Positions 12,401 to 25,300 of a stretch of DNA of 64,000 nucleotides are shown here, one piece after another. This stretch comes from Pocillopora damicornis. Taxonomy: Eukaryota. The stretch is taken from NCBI RefSeq assembly GCF_003704095.1, contig NW_020844363.1, forward strand, positions 1 to 64,000, given 5' to 3'. Within the stretch, counting starts at the first letter, position 1, and every line of letters starts with the position of its first letter. The notes beneath the pieces are model-generated. The model saw nothing but the letters and a program-made list of their open reading frames with translations, made no database searches and had not been told where the DNA came from. The position numbers were made by a program, and so were the translations under genes.

Positions 12401-15400
12401 GAGTTCGGAAAGGATCCTCCCCTGAGCTTGCTTCTAGTACACCAGGAGTATGCAGTGTTGTGTTTGTTAAACTGACTTGAATTTTTTCACAAGCTGGAGT
12501 TGACGTCTGAACTTTGCTTGAATTTACAGGTGAATTAAGGAACTGCGAAGGTGAGAATGGCAAGAGCTTGATGGGGGTGGCCCCTTTAGGACTGCTGAAA
12601 GATACTTCTGTATTGACACTGTGACTGAAATCATGGTCAGCAGACTGAAGGTATAGGGTTAAGGATTATGCCTCACACAACAAATTGATAAAAAACAAAG
12701 AATGCAGTAGAAAAAAAATTAAATTTTTTAAACTTGAGTCAATCAATTTGTGAAGGATACTTTTCTTTTACGCCCTCGTCTAAGAATAGTTGGAGGTGTG
12801 CTAAACCTGTTCTGCATTACAGGTGAAGTAATAGGTATTAAAGATCTGAAAATGGAAGAAAAATTAATAAAAACAGAAGACCTTTGCAAGTTGTGGACAT
12901 GCCTTCATCTCTCCTTACTAAATAAACACTGATCAGCCAATGTTTAGGACCATGCAAATCAATGTTAACTCTTTACACCCTAACATTGGTACAAATAATT
13001 ATTATCCTTAAAGTCCTCTAGACATTTCCTGAGGTGCTGACAAGAACTTGTTTAACAATCAAGATCTTTTTTCAGTTGGTGATCATTTCCTTTATTCTCA
13101 TGACCTATATGTGCGATTTAGGGGTGATACTAGACACTAGACATTCTTGAGGGTCAAAATGTTCCACACAGGTCACTGAATATGTTCTTGTTCTTGAAGG
13201 GAAGCAGTTCATTCCAAAAACTCACCCGCCATCTGTTTGAAGACTGGCAATAGAATTCCCATCAAATCTGTATTCTGAGGAGGCAATTTTTCCTTAACAT
13301 TAATGTGACATACACATAGAACTAACTTTTACATACCATAAATCTAACACTGTGCTCTTTGGTAAGTTATCTTAAAGTGGCTTTCAACCTTTGCTTTAAT
13401 TCCAGGAATCATCATTAATAATGAAGGTGTAATAAGGTTTGAATAGAGATTTTCAACAAACCTGTGTTCTTGTAATATTCTGGAATAGCCTAATAGTTTA
13501 TTCCCTCTTTATTGAACTGTTCATGTGATTGCTTATTGCTATAATTAAAATGTTACATTGTTAACCTATCTCGACACAGGTTATAGCTGCCTGATGCTGC
13601 TTTTTTGTAAAGCTAAAGTTACACAAGCCACCTAAAACAAGTTAGTTGTTTTTCTATAGCACAGCCCTCTAAAGAGCATCAAATAATTATTTGTACCTTT
13701 GACAACAAACTGTGAGTGCAAAGAATAGCCCACTTCTTGAGTTGAATCAAAGGACTTTATCTGTGCCCCATTTGACACTCTTCACACTATTAGTAAGCTG
13801 AAGAGCAACACCTCTAAGGGCAAATCACTACTTTCTGATGCCAGTCAAGTTTTCCTCGTAAATGCACAGGCTAAACAGTGAGGCTAAGACAGCTTACAAG
13901 TCTAGAGAGATCATCTGACTTTACATGGGATTATTGTTAATTACAAAGTGCCTCATAACCACTTCTAAAAGTTTGTTTTTAGGTATTTACACACTGGTTC
14001 CATGTTTGCAGGTGGACAAAAGTATGGCACATTACATAACTGAGACAGAACTCTAGCCTTACCTCTTGTTCCAGGAGAAGTCAATTTTGACAATGCCAAA
14101 TTCTTGCCTACACAACTGTCCTTGTCAAATGAGCTGATATCACCCCAAGAGGAGGGATCCGAATCTAGCAGAGCATCTGAAGACTCTGGGGACAATATGA
14201 ACGTATTTCTAAAGGGCGACATCAGGCTTGGGTTTGTTCCATTATTGTTGTTCTTTCTGCTCATAGAATGAAGAGTATCTTGACTTGTTGGTTTTGGTTT
14301 AATGTTTGTTAAGTCTGAGCTACTTCTGTTTCTAGTGCCTGGATGGCTGTTGTATTCAACCACTGATGGTAAATCATCATTAGATGAAGGATCAACTGTC
14401 TCCTCTCTCCTCCTTTTATCTGCAAGAGAAAAAAAATTACAATACCTTTCACAAGGATATGCCTCATTGCAACTGGAGTGCAAATTTGATAACTAGTAAA
14501 AGCATGTCATTGATTCCTCTTTAAGGACTGATTTTTTGCAAAAATTAACAATAGTAACCGCAGTTTTTACTTTTAACATTCCCAACAATCATGGCAAAAC
14601 TGAAAGCAGTCGTGTTTGGAGCAAATTTTTCAAATATGGTTACATACATATATGCTTATTATTCAGAATTCTCTTTAAATTAAGGTTTTTTAATAGGAAA
14701 TGCAGTGGATTAAAAATTAACTAAATACAGCTTCACACTTCAAATAAAATTAGCTCATTCCTTGACAAGCTATCACAATTTACCACCCAAGAATTTTGCA
14801 CTGTAGCCAGAATTTCATTCAATTGCTAATAGTTAATGAACACACTCTTGATTTCTTCTTTGCTTTGATTAACCATCATGGTAACTTTTATTTAGTTGCC
14901 TTTTTGGTTGAAAAGTGCTCTAATTTGCTCCTTACTACCTGTACATTTCTCAGCAATACCTTATTTGTTCATTTATTTCTCTTCAGCAAGAATGGAGTTC
15001 CTGCACACTAAAAACCTTAGGAATAAAGCCCTAGGAGAAAATTCTGCTACATCTATAAATCCAAGCTTAGATGCATGCATTTTTACATCACATTGATTTG
15101 GCAAATTGACCAGGAATTAGAGAGAAAAATTTGTTGGTTCATGAGTTACTAGTAACAGCTACAGTAGAAATATACCAGTACTGCATATGGCAGAGTATTT
15201 AGTTTATTGTATATCAGTTACAATGCAGTTTAATATTTTACCTTTCTTTGCTGAAAGAAGATGTCCTTTGCTGTACCGTTTTTCAGACTAAAGTGTAGAA
15301 AAAAATTCATTAATTGCTTTAGCCTCACATAATATTAGTACAGACTGTAGTCAAAATATTCACAGCGCTGAATGGAGAACCACACATATGCTGATGGGAC

Positions 15401-18400
15401 AAGTAATTAAATATAGTATAAGGGGTACTCACACTAGCATGATTACCCCTGAATTATAAAAGAGGAAGTCCAAAACAACCTTAAATTCACAATGCACTGA
15501 TCTACCTTCCTTTAGGGACATAAGCTCCTCTAAGTTTCCTTACCAAATGGTATCTGATCTTTCTATAGTGATCATATCCTGCACTTTCCACTTTTCTTCT
15601 CATTGTTGAGTTCCAGTGGTTCTTAATTGAGTTGTCAGTCCTGTGGAGAGATTAAGGCAACAATCAAACATCAACAACAATGTTCTTACTGTAGCTCTGC
15701 AAACTGAGCAAAAGTAATGAGTGACCAAGACAGAATTTCTCCTTACAATATCAATACAATATCAACCAGATAAGTGATGAGAACAAAGAAATATATTAAT
15801 TTGGGGATAATTAGATGATCCAATACTAAATTCTCTGAACTAATGTTATAAGAATTGTATAGTTGACAGTAAGGAGAATTACAAATTTGACCTGAGAGTT
15901 AAAGGGTTAATGGTGGCCCTTTAACACTTCCACTCAGTTCATAGAACCAAATTTTCGTGCAATACCCCCTACCCACACGGAATCACAGTTTCCCCTTTGT
16001 GCAAAGGCATGCGACAATGCCCCATGCAACCCCCCCCCCCTCCTCCCCAACCCACACAGCTTTGGTGAAATTCCCTTGCATTTAGTCGAGGTAAAATTCC
16101 AGTCAATGCAAAGGTTTCAGTAATGTCTTGTGACAGGCTCCAATATGGTTTTCCACTTTAACATGTTTGTTCCCCTTCCCAACATTTCCTGGAGCAAGTA
16201 TTCATTTCCCACCATGGGTTATTAGTGTTGTGTCCCTGAAGGCCATAGCTCTGTCTCAACGGTTATCGCCCTGCAATTAAGGAGATTGTAGCAGTTCGCC
16301 TTCAACATAGCCTTTACCCCACCTAGCCTCAATTCCTGATGTAGTTTGAGGTAAAAGGGGACACAAACCTCCCAGGTAACAATTTTGCTATCTCGGCCCA
16401 TTTGTTGCCCATAGTAATGTGAGCTTCATAAATAATCCTGTCTTCATCTTCAGTCCAAGCACATTTCTTGATTTGTGGGTTGAGATGATTGTGCCACCTA
16501 CACAAAAATAAAACAGGAAAAAAAAACTGGCATATAAATTGATTCATCTGGTTTACTTCTGTTTATCTGTCTTTATTTCTAAGTTTTGCTCAGAATCATT
16601 GAAACCCTATTTCTAAGCTTCCATTTTTAAAAGAGGAATGTTGCGATGGCTATGCAAGCTGTACTCTCTGTTACACAACTCTAAAAATATTACGGTAAAA
16701 TATCTGGAATATAACAAAATCAGGTCCTGACTCTTAAAAATTCTTATAGCATACCACTACACAGTTTGGTCAATCAGACATAAGACAATTAATTGAACTC
16801 ATATTTAGTTCTACCTTTCACGACACTGTTTTCCAATCCTTCCTTTCAGATGCTGAGCAATAAGTGACCACCGTTTTGGTCCATACTTCCGCACAAGTTC
16901 CACAACTTTGTCATCCTCCTGTAAATCAGGATTATTATTACACTTGCTCCTAGTTGTCTAATATAACCCCTCTCAATGAAATGTCAGCAGACATTTACAT
17001 ATTTACTTTTTCATTTACTTCTGTATCCTTTATTAAATTATTTTAGTCCTAATGCCCACTTCCTAGAAGTCTTATAACTGAATATAATAATTGATTAGAA
17101 ACTGCAGTGTTTAACCATATTTCCGTTTTTCAGATGAGGAACTTGTCTGAGGAAAGATCTTATCTATAAAAAGCCAAATTCTTCAATAACTGGCTCAGGG
17201 TTTTCAACAGATTATGATGTGAATGGCAAAGTTTGTGAATTAGGCAGCTAATGCAAGATTGATCTTCACTCTAATGTTGTTAATTTCAGAGAAAAAAGGT
17301 AGCACTTTTTCCTCACATAGACAGCAGATTTTCCCAGTTGCCTGCTCCTATTGAAACCCTTACTGGCAAACAATAAAGTCCTTTTCAAACAGTCATGATA
17401 ATTATGATAGCTGATGACAGTTTCAACTTTCATTCACTATCACCGACTTTCATGTTTGTGTTCAAATGGTCCATGATAGTTGATGATAGTTCACAAAATC
17501 ACGTAATGAGATCACGTAGTCATAAACAAACAAGGAGGTTGGCAACATTGGTGGCATTTGAAATTTAAGTCAAGAAGTTGCAAGTTGAAGATACCCAAGC
17601 CTACCAGGAAATGATGAGAATGAATTGTAAGACAAGTTGAAGCTACTGAAGCCTACCAGGAGATGATAAGAATGAATTACCCGACATTCCGCTAAATTTT
17701 GGCAACTAATTAGCCATTTTACCATTTGCCATTCCAGTTTGAGCCTGTTTTTGGCAAAACTGTTGACAGAAAAATTATAATTTACTATCGTCTGCTCGTT
17801 CAAACAGCAAAAACTAAAATCCACTATCAAGTCAAATTTGAATATGTCCAAACTGCATGATAGCTCACATTCAAATGCGTGTGAAAGTTCAAACTATCCT
17901 CAACTATTTGTGAGTACTATAAACAAGTTAAAATGTAAAATGTTCCAATGTTTTGCTTTTCTGTTGAGATACAATGTATCTCATATCTCACTCTCTGAAT
18001 TGCATACTGACCTCTTTAGTCCATGGACCTTTCACTAGCTCTGGGTTTAGTACCTTCTGCCACCTGTGAAGGCACTGAACATCTGTGCGATCAGGGAAAT
18101 TATTTGCCACCTCCTTCCAACTATCAGTTCCAAGATCATCCACAAGTTCCTTTAATTTTTCATCCTATTGGGTCAATTTTAAAATTTGTAATTATCTCTA
18201 TTGTATTTACTTCAGCATACTGTAACATCTAAAGGTAGAAGTTTCAGGTTATTTGTAAGGGTTTGGTATTAAAATGGGGCAATATTCCCTTCATAATGAT
18301 TTCCTTGATTAAAATTTTGTATCTGTTGGATTATGTATAAACACCAGTGAAAATCAATAAACTGATCTCTCCTTAAGTTAAACCGAAATGATAAGACAAA

Positions 18401-21367
18401 GACATTACTATCTATATTGCATGATGCAAATATGAAGGAATTTTGACAGTCAGCTGTGCCTTGTGTATCCAATGACAATGCATATTTATTTATTTATGAC
18501 TTGGTGCACATCTCACTCAGTGTTGCATTTCAAAGAGGTCATGTAAGGTCCACATTGCAAACTGACTAGCATAAATTGATGTAACCTTCATGAATTTGAG
18601 AAGATACAAAATAAACTAATTCATTAGTTTAAGAATTGGTGAAAAAGCAAAAATGAACCCATTTCTACCATTCAGGGCTCAACTGTTTCCCCTGTGCAAA
18701 AATGAAGCAAAAAACCTTTGGGTTAAAACAAAAATTTTGCAAAACACCAAAGCACACAATGTTTTTGCACCAATACAAATGGAAGGAAAATTAGCAAATA
18801 GAATTGTAAGCATGTGAGAGGTGAATTGTTAGTGTCAAAATGCCTTTGCTGACCTAGTCTGTTACTTTGAAGAGAAAACACTCATCACTAATTTTTTAAA
18901 GAAAAATGCATTCTAATAAGAAAACTCCCAGAAAAAAATTAGCACTTCCAAGTTAAATGTCTACAATGTATTTAAAGCAATCAATCTCCACGATCTTTCA
19001 GCAGAGTTGAAATAATCATCTTTAAATCAATGCTTCAGTGTTAACAAGTTATAAACAGAAAGCAACACAAATTCAATCGGTTTGAAATCAAACATTCAAT
19101 ATCGTTTAATCTCTCATATGCAAAGTGCCATCCTAGTGTACACAAAATGTACGACATGCAGTAACACCTTTACACTTTTTTAAAATTGCAAATTATCTCC
19201 TCTAAGACAACGAATGCAGACCGAGGACTTTTACAACGAAATATGAAATCTTCCAAATAACTGCGCAATCGAACATGGACGCCATCAACAGGCATGACGG
19301 CAGGACTATTCAAATTGATATCAATTAGGTGTAAAACAGACTACCCAGAAAAATGTTTATAACTCGTACTTCATTGCATCATAAAAACTGCACTGAACTG
19401 TTTGATTTTACGGAGGTTCAGCAGAAGGCCTTGCACTAGTTCTACATGCCAAAAAAGTACAACAAACTTATTAGTTACACCCTCGAGACATAGTCGGCAC
19501 GGAACGCATTTGCTTTATTCCGTTTCATATACATAAATTTGCCTTAATTACAAATTGTGTACATCTTTCATTTTCCCCGATTTGCCATTGCCTTCGAGAA
19601 CGAGTGATCTTCTGCACAATTTTGGGACAAACACTTGATTAAACTTAAAGAAATGCGATGATAACGCCCAGATAAAGGCTGCAAAGAGATAGAATGCGAG
19701 TACGAGCCATATCTCATGCAGTAATACGATCTTTTTCAACGGACATTCGAGATTTAAAATGGACTTCACAACATGCATGCTTGGTTACCTAAAAGTGCGT
19801 ACGTTTTGTTAGGCCGTCCGGCGATAAGAGCGCATCAACTTTACACTTATCATACCTAAAACGCTTAACAAACCGGTAAATGCTGCATTAACTTCTTGAC
19901 GAAGCCAAATACGAGAAACACGAGAAAAACAATCGTCGCCAAAACAAACTGTTATGAATGAATTAACCTAACGTTGGTCAATTCTTGCGCTATGCGTTAG
20001 AAAACATCCACCGGGGCTATGCAACAAAATGAGCGAAATGCGAGACAAACCGTCATATAACTGCAGTATTACAACTAAATTAAACGATTAAATGATACCT
20101 TAAGATCATTCAAACCCTATTTGCCGAAACAGTTGTGAAATATAAAGGATTGCAAGAGCTAAATGCGCAAACCAACCTCCTCTTTCGTCCATCTTCCCTT
20201 GTTGATTTTCTTCTTTCGCCGCTGAGCCCTCAACGATGGTTCTTCCTCTACGGGAACATTATAACCTCTAAATCATAAACAAAAAAGAAACACATTCATG
20301 ACCATAGTTACGCACTTTAAACCCCCCTTCTCCTCAGAGCTGTCGCGTAATCAGTAGAGACGAAATGACCCCTGATCGGGGCATCGAAATTTTCGCTCTG
20401 CTAAAAAAAAATGTCTAATACACGCAAAGGTTTCTTTTCGGATTTAACTTACCTTGCAACCGACTCTGCTGCCTTAAGAAGAAGCAACATTTCTGCATGA
20501 GGGGCCTTTAGGCATATTCCGTACTTCACAAAAGGGGTTTGTCAATATTTAGCGTTGAGAGACGAACCTCCGTGTATTAGCAAAAGAGGCCCAGACGCGG
20601 CAGAAGACGCAAAGCGAATCAAAGAGAATTTGCACGTGTTACAGCACGCGTAAAGCCCGGATGTTCACTTCAAAACCTAAAATAACACTCTGTATTTTCA
20701 CCATCCGATGAGAATCTAAATGAAAAGTGTGAAAATCTAATTTCCGAATTTCCAAGTGAGAGAAATATGCAATTAAATGAATTTAAAATCCTAAAGCAAT
20801 CTGAACAAAACCTCGCTTACAACAGAACATTCGAAACGAGGCCGCATCGATCGATCGCGCAAGCAAATTGATCGGAGATTTAGACTTTGCAAATTTAGTA
20901 TAATTTATGATTGTAAACGTTGGTAACAAATTCGATGTATTTTCCACTAAAAAGGAGCAGTTAATTATAAACGGTCCGTGAAGATTTCTAACGAGTGCTA
21001 AATTGTTAAATCTGTAACTTAAATCGCGATCGACCTGACGAATGTCTGAGGATGGCTGAAGACATGAGTAAACACTGCGGTCAACAGACAAATCAAGGGT
21101 AGAAATCTGGTTCACCAAACTAGACTTGGTGGCGTATAAACAAAGGTGTATCATAGAAACAATTATATGAAATCTTGGGAATGGTTTTCATTTTGATCTT
21201 ACAAAAATGCTTTGCATCGCGTTCTTACATCAATTTCAAAAATGGCGCGGAAATTGCGACATGATGGATGACAAATAATTTCAACTTTCGCGATCAGATC
21301 AGGGAATATAATGATTATTCATGGCATAGAGCAACAATCCTTACCGATAAAAATAGGCATTTGCCAT
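9482..21367 (-). CDS. MYB: Three-repeat Myb transcription factor (B-Myb/MYBL2-like invertebrate Myb), ~706 aa
   Basis: Exons: 21345-21367 (alternative first exon 20453-20490), 20177-20267, 18012-18164, 16815-16918, 16369-16497, 15544-15640, 15242-15287, 14063-14419, 13226-13274, 12761-12845, 12306-12644, 11497-11730, 11091-11294, 9911-9982, 9482-9619. All are phase-compatible. They encode R1-R3 (KGRWTKEED...[24 protein letters not shown]...[18 protein letters not shown]...[27 protein letters not shown]), [23 protein letters not shown] and the C-terminal [12 protein letters not shown]. Confidence 0.95.
10132..10431. mobile_element. Non-autonomous HINE/Helentron-like element with an internal tRNA-like SINE head, in a Myb intron
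   Basis: Subterminal inverted repeats agcggagct (10136-10144) and agctccgct (10401-10409), an internal (gtacgacc)n micro-repeat and a terminal hairpin tttag-gcttgg-ctaaa. Inside are an A-box TAGTCCAGTGG and a B-box GGTTCTAGTCC (~10296-10349). Confidence 0.5.
10557..10758. mobile_element. MITE with terminal inverted repeats
   Basis: The ends ctgggccaggttgtt ... aacaactgggccc are imperfect inverted repeats around non-coding sequence. Confidence 0.45.
15718..15910 (-). mobile_element. TTAA-type MITE family copy (one end eroded)
   Basis: Highly similar to the reverse complement of 24778-24988; ends in gagttaaagggTTAA. Confidence 0.75.
21235..21253 (-). promoter_or_regulatory. E2F/CDE + CHR element in Myb intron 1
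   Basis: The minus strand reads TTTCCGCGC-CATT-TTTGAA: a GC-rich E2F/CDE site, a 4-nt spacer and a canonical CHR. Confidence 0.55.
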
Positions 21368-21475
21368 CCTCGAGGAAATCCGTAGAAATCCTGAGCCAAA
21401 AACCCAGAAGGAACCCTACAATCCTTCGACCTTCTTTTTTGTTGTAAACCGAGATGCGGTTTGAATCACTCACGC

Positions 21476-21544
21476 TTCAAATAGACCGCCACGACTGCTT
21501 TCCTGTGATTGGTCGAAGGTCATATCTCGCTTTGTTTCGATTGG
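21476..21544 (-). promoter_or_regulatory. Myb promoter: CDE/CHR plus two CCAAT boxes 32 bp apart
   Basis: The minus strand reads TGGCGG-TCTA-TTTGAA (21491-21476). ATTGG occurs at 21508-21512 and 21540-21544. The element lies ~110 bp upstream of the ATG at 21367. Confidence 0.7.
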
Positions 21545-22324
21545 TCGAAGCAAGTTCAAAATGTACGTCAATTCCTTGGGGACACATTTCCTATTTACCT
21601 ACCACGAACTGATGTGAAAGAAGATGTTTTCGTCGCCAAAAGACAAAGAAAGCTGGTTTTGCGGCCAAAATTGTCGTGTTATAACTTTCTGAAAGGATGC
21701 TCGATTTGCAAGGTCATACAATCTACTGCGTTTTTACAGCAAACGAGGGGCTTGCGATCGACGAAAAATGCTGAGCTAATCGAGTTTATTTTCTAACTTT
21801 ACTTTTTGTCTCGGCACGACACGTGGTAAACACGATCTTTTGAACCTAACACCTGACATTGACAAGGCTTCAGCCAGAGCTTCAGCACTTATCCAACTTC
21901 ATCGTTTATCGGAAATTTCGCTTCTGCGTTCTATTTATTATCACGTCGTTGAGATAGGAGAATCTTGACTTTAAAACACTAAAAAAAACATCCGATTCCC
22001 CTTAGCTTTCTCGATCGAGGTGTTACATAAGACTGGGTGATGTTGTGTGTTGCCAAACTGAACTCAACACTCCTAGACTCAACTATTAAAGCAAGATCGC
22101 GAACGCAAAAGACATTAGGAACCCGTTATCTGCGACTTTCTCTGCGTCCACAATTTCGGATCAGCGTACAACAGACCAAAACTAATGCGCAGGGTGCCTA
22201 CTGCGCAATAATAATTTACAGTTTCTAAGGCGAATGGCAACCGCTTAATAATTATTTTCCTTTTCATAAATAACGATTATGTGATCAATCCCCACCCTTC
22301 TATATAACTAAAGATTCACTTGCA

Positions 22325-25300
22325 ATGCTTGTTCCTATTTTTACCCTCAAACTGGGCCATAAGATTCATCCTCGAACAGCAGCGTTAGGTCGTTACGATG
22401 GAAGACATCCATGTCTGACAGCAGGCACAACTGCTGGAAAGGTTGGCGATTTTTGTTTTGGTACTTTTTTATTATTATAATTATTATTATTATTATCGAA
22501 ATATGGTATTTTTTTCTGGCTTATCCAAATTGGATAAATAGTTACTGAAACAAGGAATCGTGCACTCGTCTGAAACAGGAAGCAACGCGAGCAACTGTGT
22601 AAAACATACCGGGTGACTAGGTCCTATTTATTTGATGTCGGCAATAAACAACAGAGAAACTTTTTTTCGTTTGGCTCTGTTTGGCGGCCAAAAATACTGA
22701 TATGGTGGCCATTTTTTAATCGAAGATAGCTGAAGTTTGGACTTATCACTGCTTTCGTATATTACAAATTGAGAGTCTTGAAAGGCTTGACAATTTTTAG
22801 TCAGTTGGAGCTGTTAAACTTTTTTTCCCATAACATGCGAGAAAGAAAAAATCAGAATCTTTTTTGAAGATTCAACTCCACTGAAGTCTTAATTTCATGG
22901 GCAGGTGATCCTCTAACTGAGCCACGAGGAACAACTTGGCAAACTGCAGGCTTGACCAGGCTTGATTTTGACAATTTTTCTGCATATAGGGAGGTTTGAT
23001 CAAGAATGCCGAAAATGAATATCAAGATGTTTGTGTTTCAGATTGCATTATGATGAACTAATTTGTTTAGACAAAGGCAAATTAATTCAAAATTGATTTG
23101 AAGTATAGGATCATAGCATATGATATACCCAAGACTTTTTATGATCTAATGGTGAATTAGAAGGGACATTGAGAGAATATGTTCTACATTAATGTGTTTC
23201 TTAGAAACTGGACTCAAGAGGGAGTACTTTGAGATGCACTTCATTTCATCATAATTTCTTTCATTAGATCTTTTGTATTAATCAATTAATTTTCCATGCA
23301 TATTTAAATGAAATGTCATTTAATGATCTGTCTTATGATCTTTGGTATTTAGGTTTTTATCCACAATCCCCACAGTGGCACCCTTCAGGGAGGCAGAGCA
23401 ATTGCAAGTCATGATACCGACATTAGTATTTTAAACATCAACCAACAAGTTTCTGCTGTTGCAGCTGGTCCCTTGAACACCTCTGGATGTGACACGCTTC
23501 TTGTTGGTACACCCACAAACTTCTTAGCCTATGATGTGGAGAACAATTCTGACCTGTTCTATAAAGATGTAAGTGACTGAGTGGTAATACTGAATTAGGG
23601 CCTAGGTGGCCATTTGGTAGAGAAGAAAAAAAATCAGAAAATTATGCAGAATTTCTCATGGTCTCATTTCAATACATCCTCAAATTAGCACTCCCCCTGA
23701 ATTAAATTTCTCTTTTCCAGTTGAAGTGCATCCTCCCATTTACAAAATCAGACTGTGTGCCTTTTTCCCTTTGAATAGGCCCCATTCCCTTCCCTTAATC
23801 AAGTCTATTTACTAAGTAAAATGAACTACAGTATTGAAAAAAAATGGTATTAAAAAGTTGAAAACAAATTGGTATTGTATTAAAAATTTGTAGAAAAAAG
23901 GATAAAAATTTAAACTGGATTATGTAGTGAAGAAAAAAAATCAGTTAGTACTCAGTGCTGTGGGAGAAACAGTTACAGTTGTTGAATGCTAATTTTAATG
24001 GTACAAGTTCATTTGGTTGTTCAATATTTTTAGATTGCAGATGGAGCCAATGCAATTGTAACAGGCAGACTTGGATCTTTTGAAAATCCTTTGGCGATAG
24101 TGGGTGGAAACTGTTCAATTCAAGGATTTGACTTTGAAGGCAATGACGAATTCTGGACAGTAAGTATTGGTAATTGTAAGTTGAAGTCAACTGGTTGCTT
24201 GTCATCTTATATAGCAATAACTGGGGGGTGGTATGGGGAGTATAGTTGTCATTTTGTGTAACTTACATCTGTTTGTAAACTAAATAAAGCACCAATCCAG
24301 TCAGGGAAACGTGAGTTGAAGAGGTCTATTTTTCTTGCTTTGAGTATGCAGTCAAAATGTTATAATTGTTTTTGAAAGTGAGTACATATAAGGCAAACTA
24401 TATGATACTTATTGATTATCACCACCATAAACATTAACCAATGTATTTAACAATGAATATATAGAGGAGGTTTTGCATCTTAAAAGCTAATAGAAAAGTA
24501 AATAATCCATTTAAAAAATAATGTAATTGTTGTTGTTGTTTTTTTTTTTGGCAGACATGTAAAAGCAGTAGCAAAAATACTAAACTTTATTCTTCTGTCC
24601 CATTTGTGGCAACCATAGGTGACAGGAGACAATGTGTGCTCCTTGGCAATGTGTGATTTTAACAGTGATGGATTGGCAGAGGTATTTTGTCAGCAGTGTT
24701 GATAAAATGTCAAATAATCTCAATTGTGGCTTTTGCAAATGTGAGCACTCTATCAAGGCACTCATGAATTTCTCTCCTTAACCCTTTTACTCTCAAGATC
24801 TCATTAGTAATTCTCCTTACTGTCTACCATACAATTCTTATGGTATCCATTTGGATAATTTGGTATTGGATCAACTGATAATCCCCTAATTGATATTTTA
24901 CTTTATTCTCATCACTTGTCTGCTTGATATTGTATTGATATTGTAAGGAGAAATTCTCTCATAGTCACTTGTCGAGGTAAAGGGTTAATGGTAAGTTTTC
25001 TGCAGGATTAAGTTCACATTTTACAATTTTACAATCACTATATTTTTGATTTGCACAGTTACTTGTTGGCTCAGAGGATTTTGACATCCGAGTTTTTAAA
25101 GAAGATGAAATTATCGCAGAAATGACTGAAACTGAGGTGGGTGCATCTATCTCTTTTCAAGAACCTATTTTATATCCTGCAATTGTGAACATTGTTCTTA
25201 TAATTATTTTTCATCTTCTGTCCACAGTCTGTAACCTCTCTATGTCCAATCCGAGGATCTCGATTTGGTTATGCTTTGGGAAATGGTACTGTGGGAGTTT

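Noticed and set aside
20783-21154. 123-aa minus-strand ORF in Myb intron 1
   Set aside because: No recognisable domain, and it is not needed for an in-frame Myb model. A small alternative exon cannot be excluded without RNA data.
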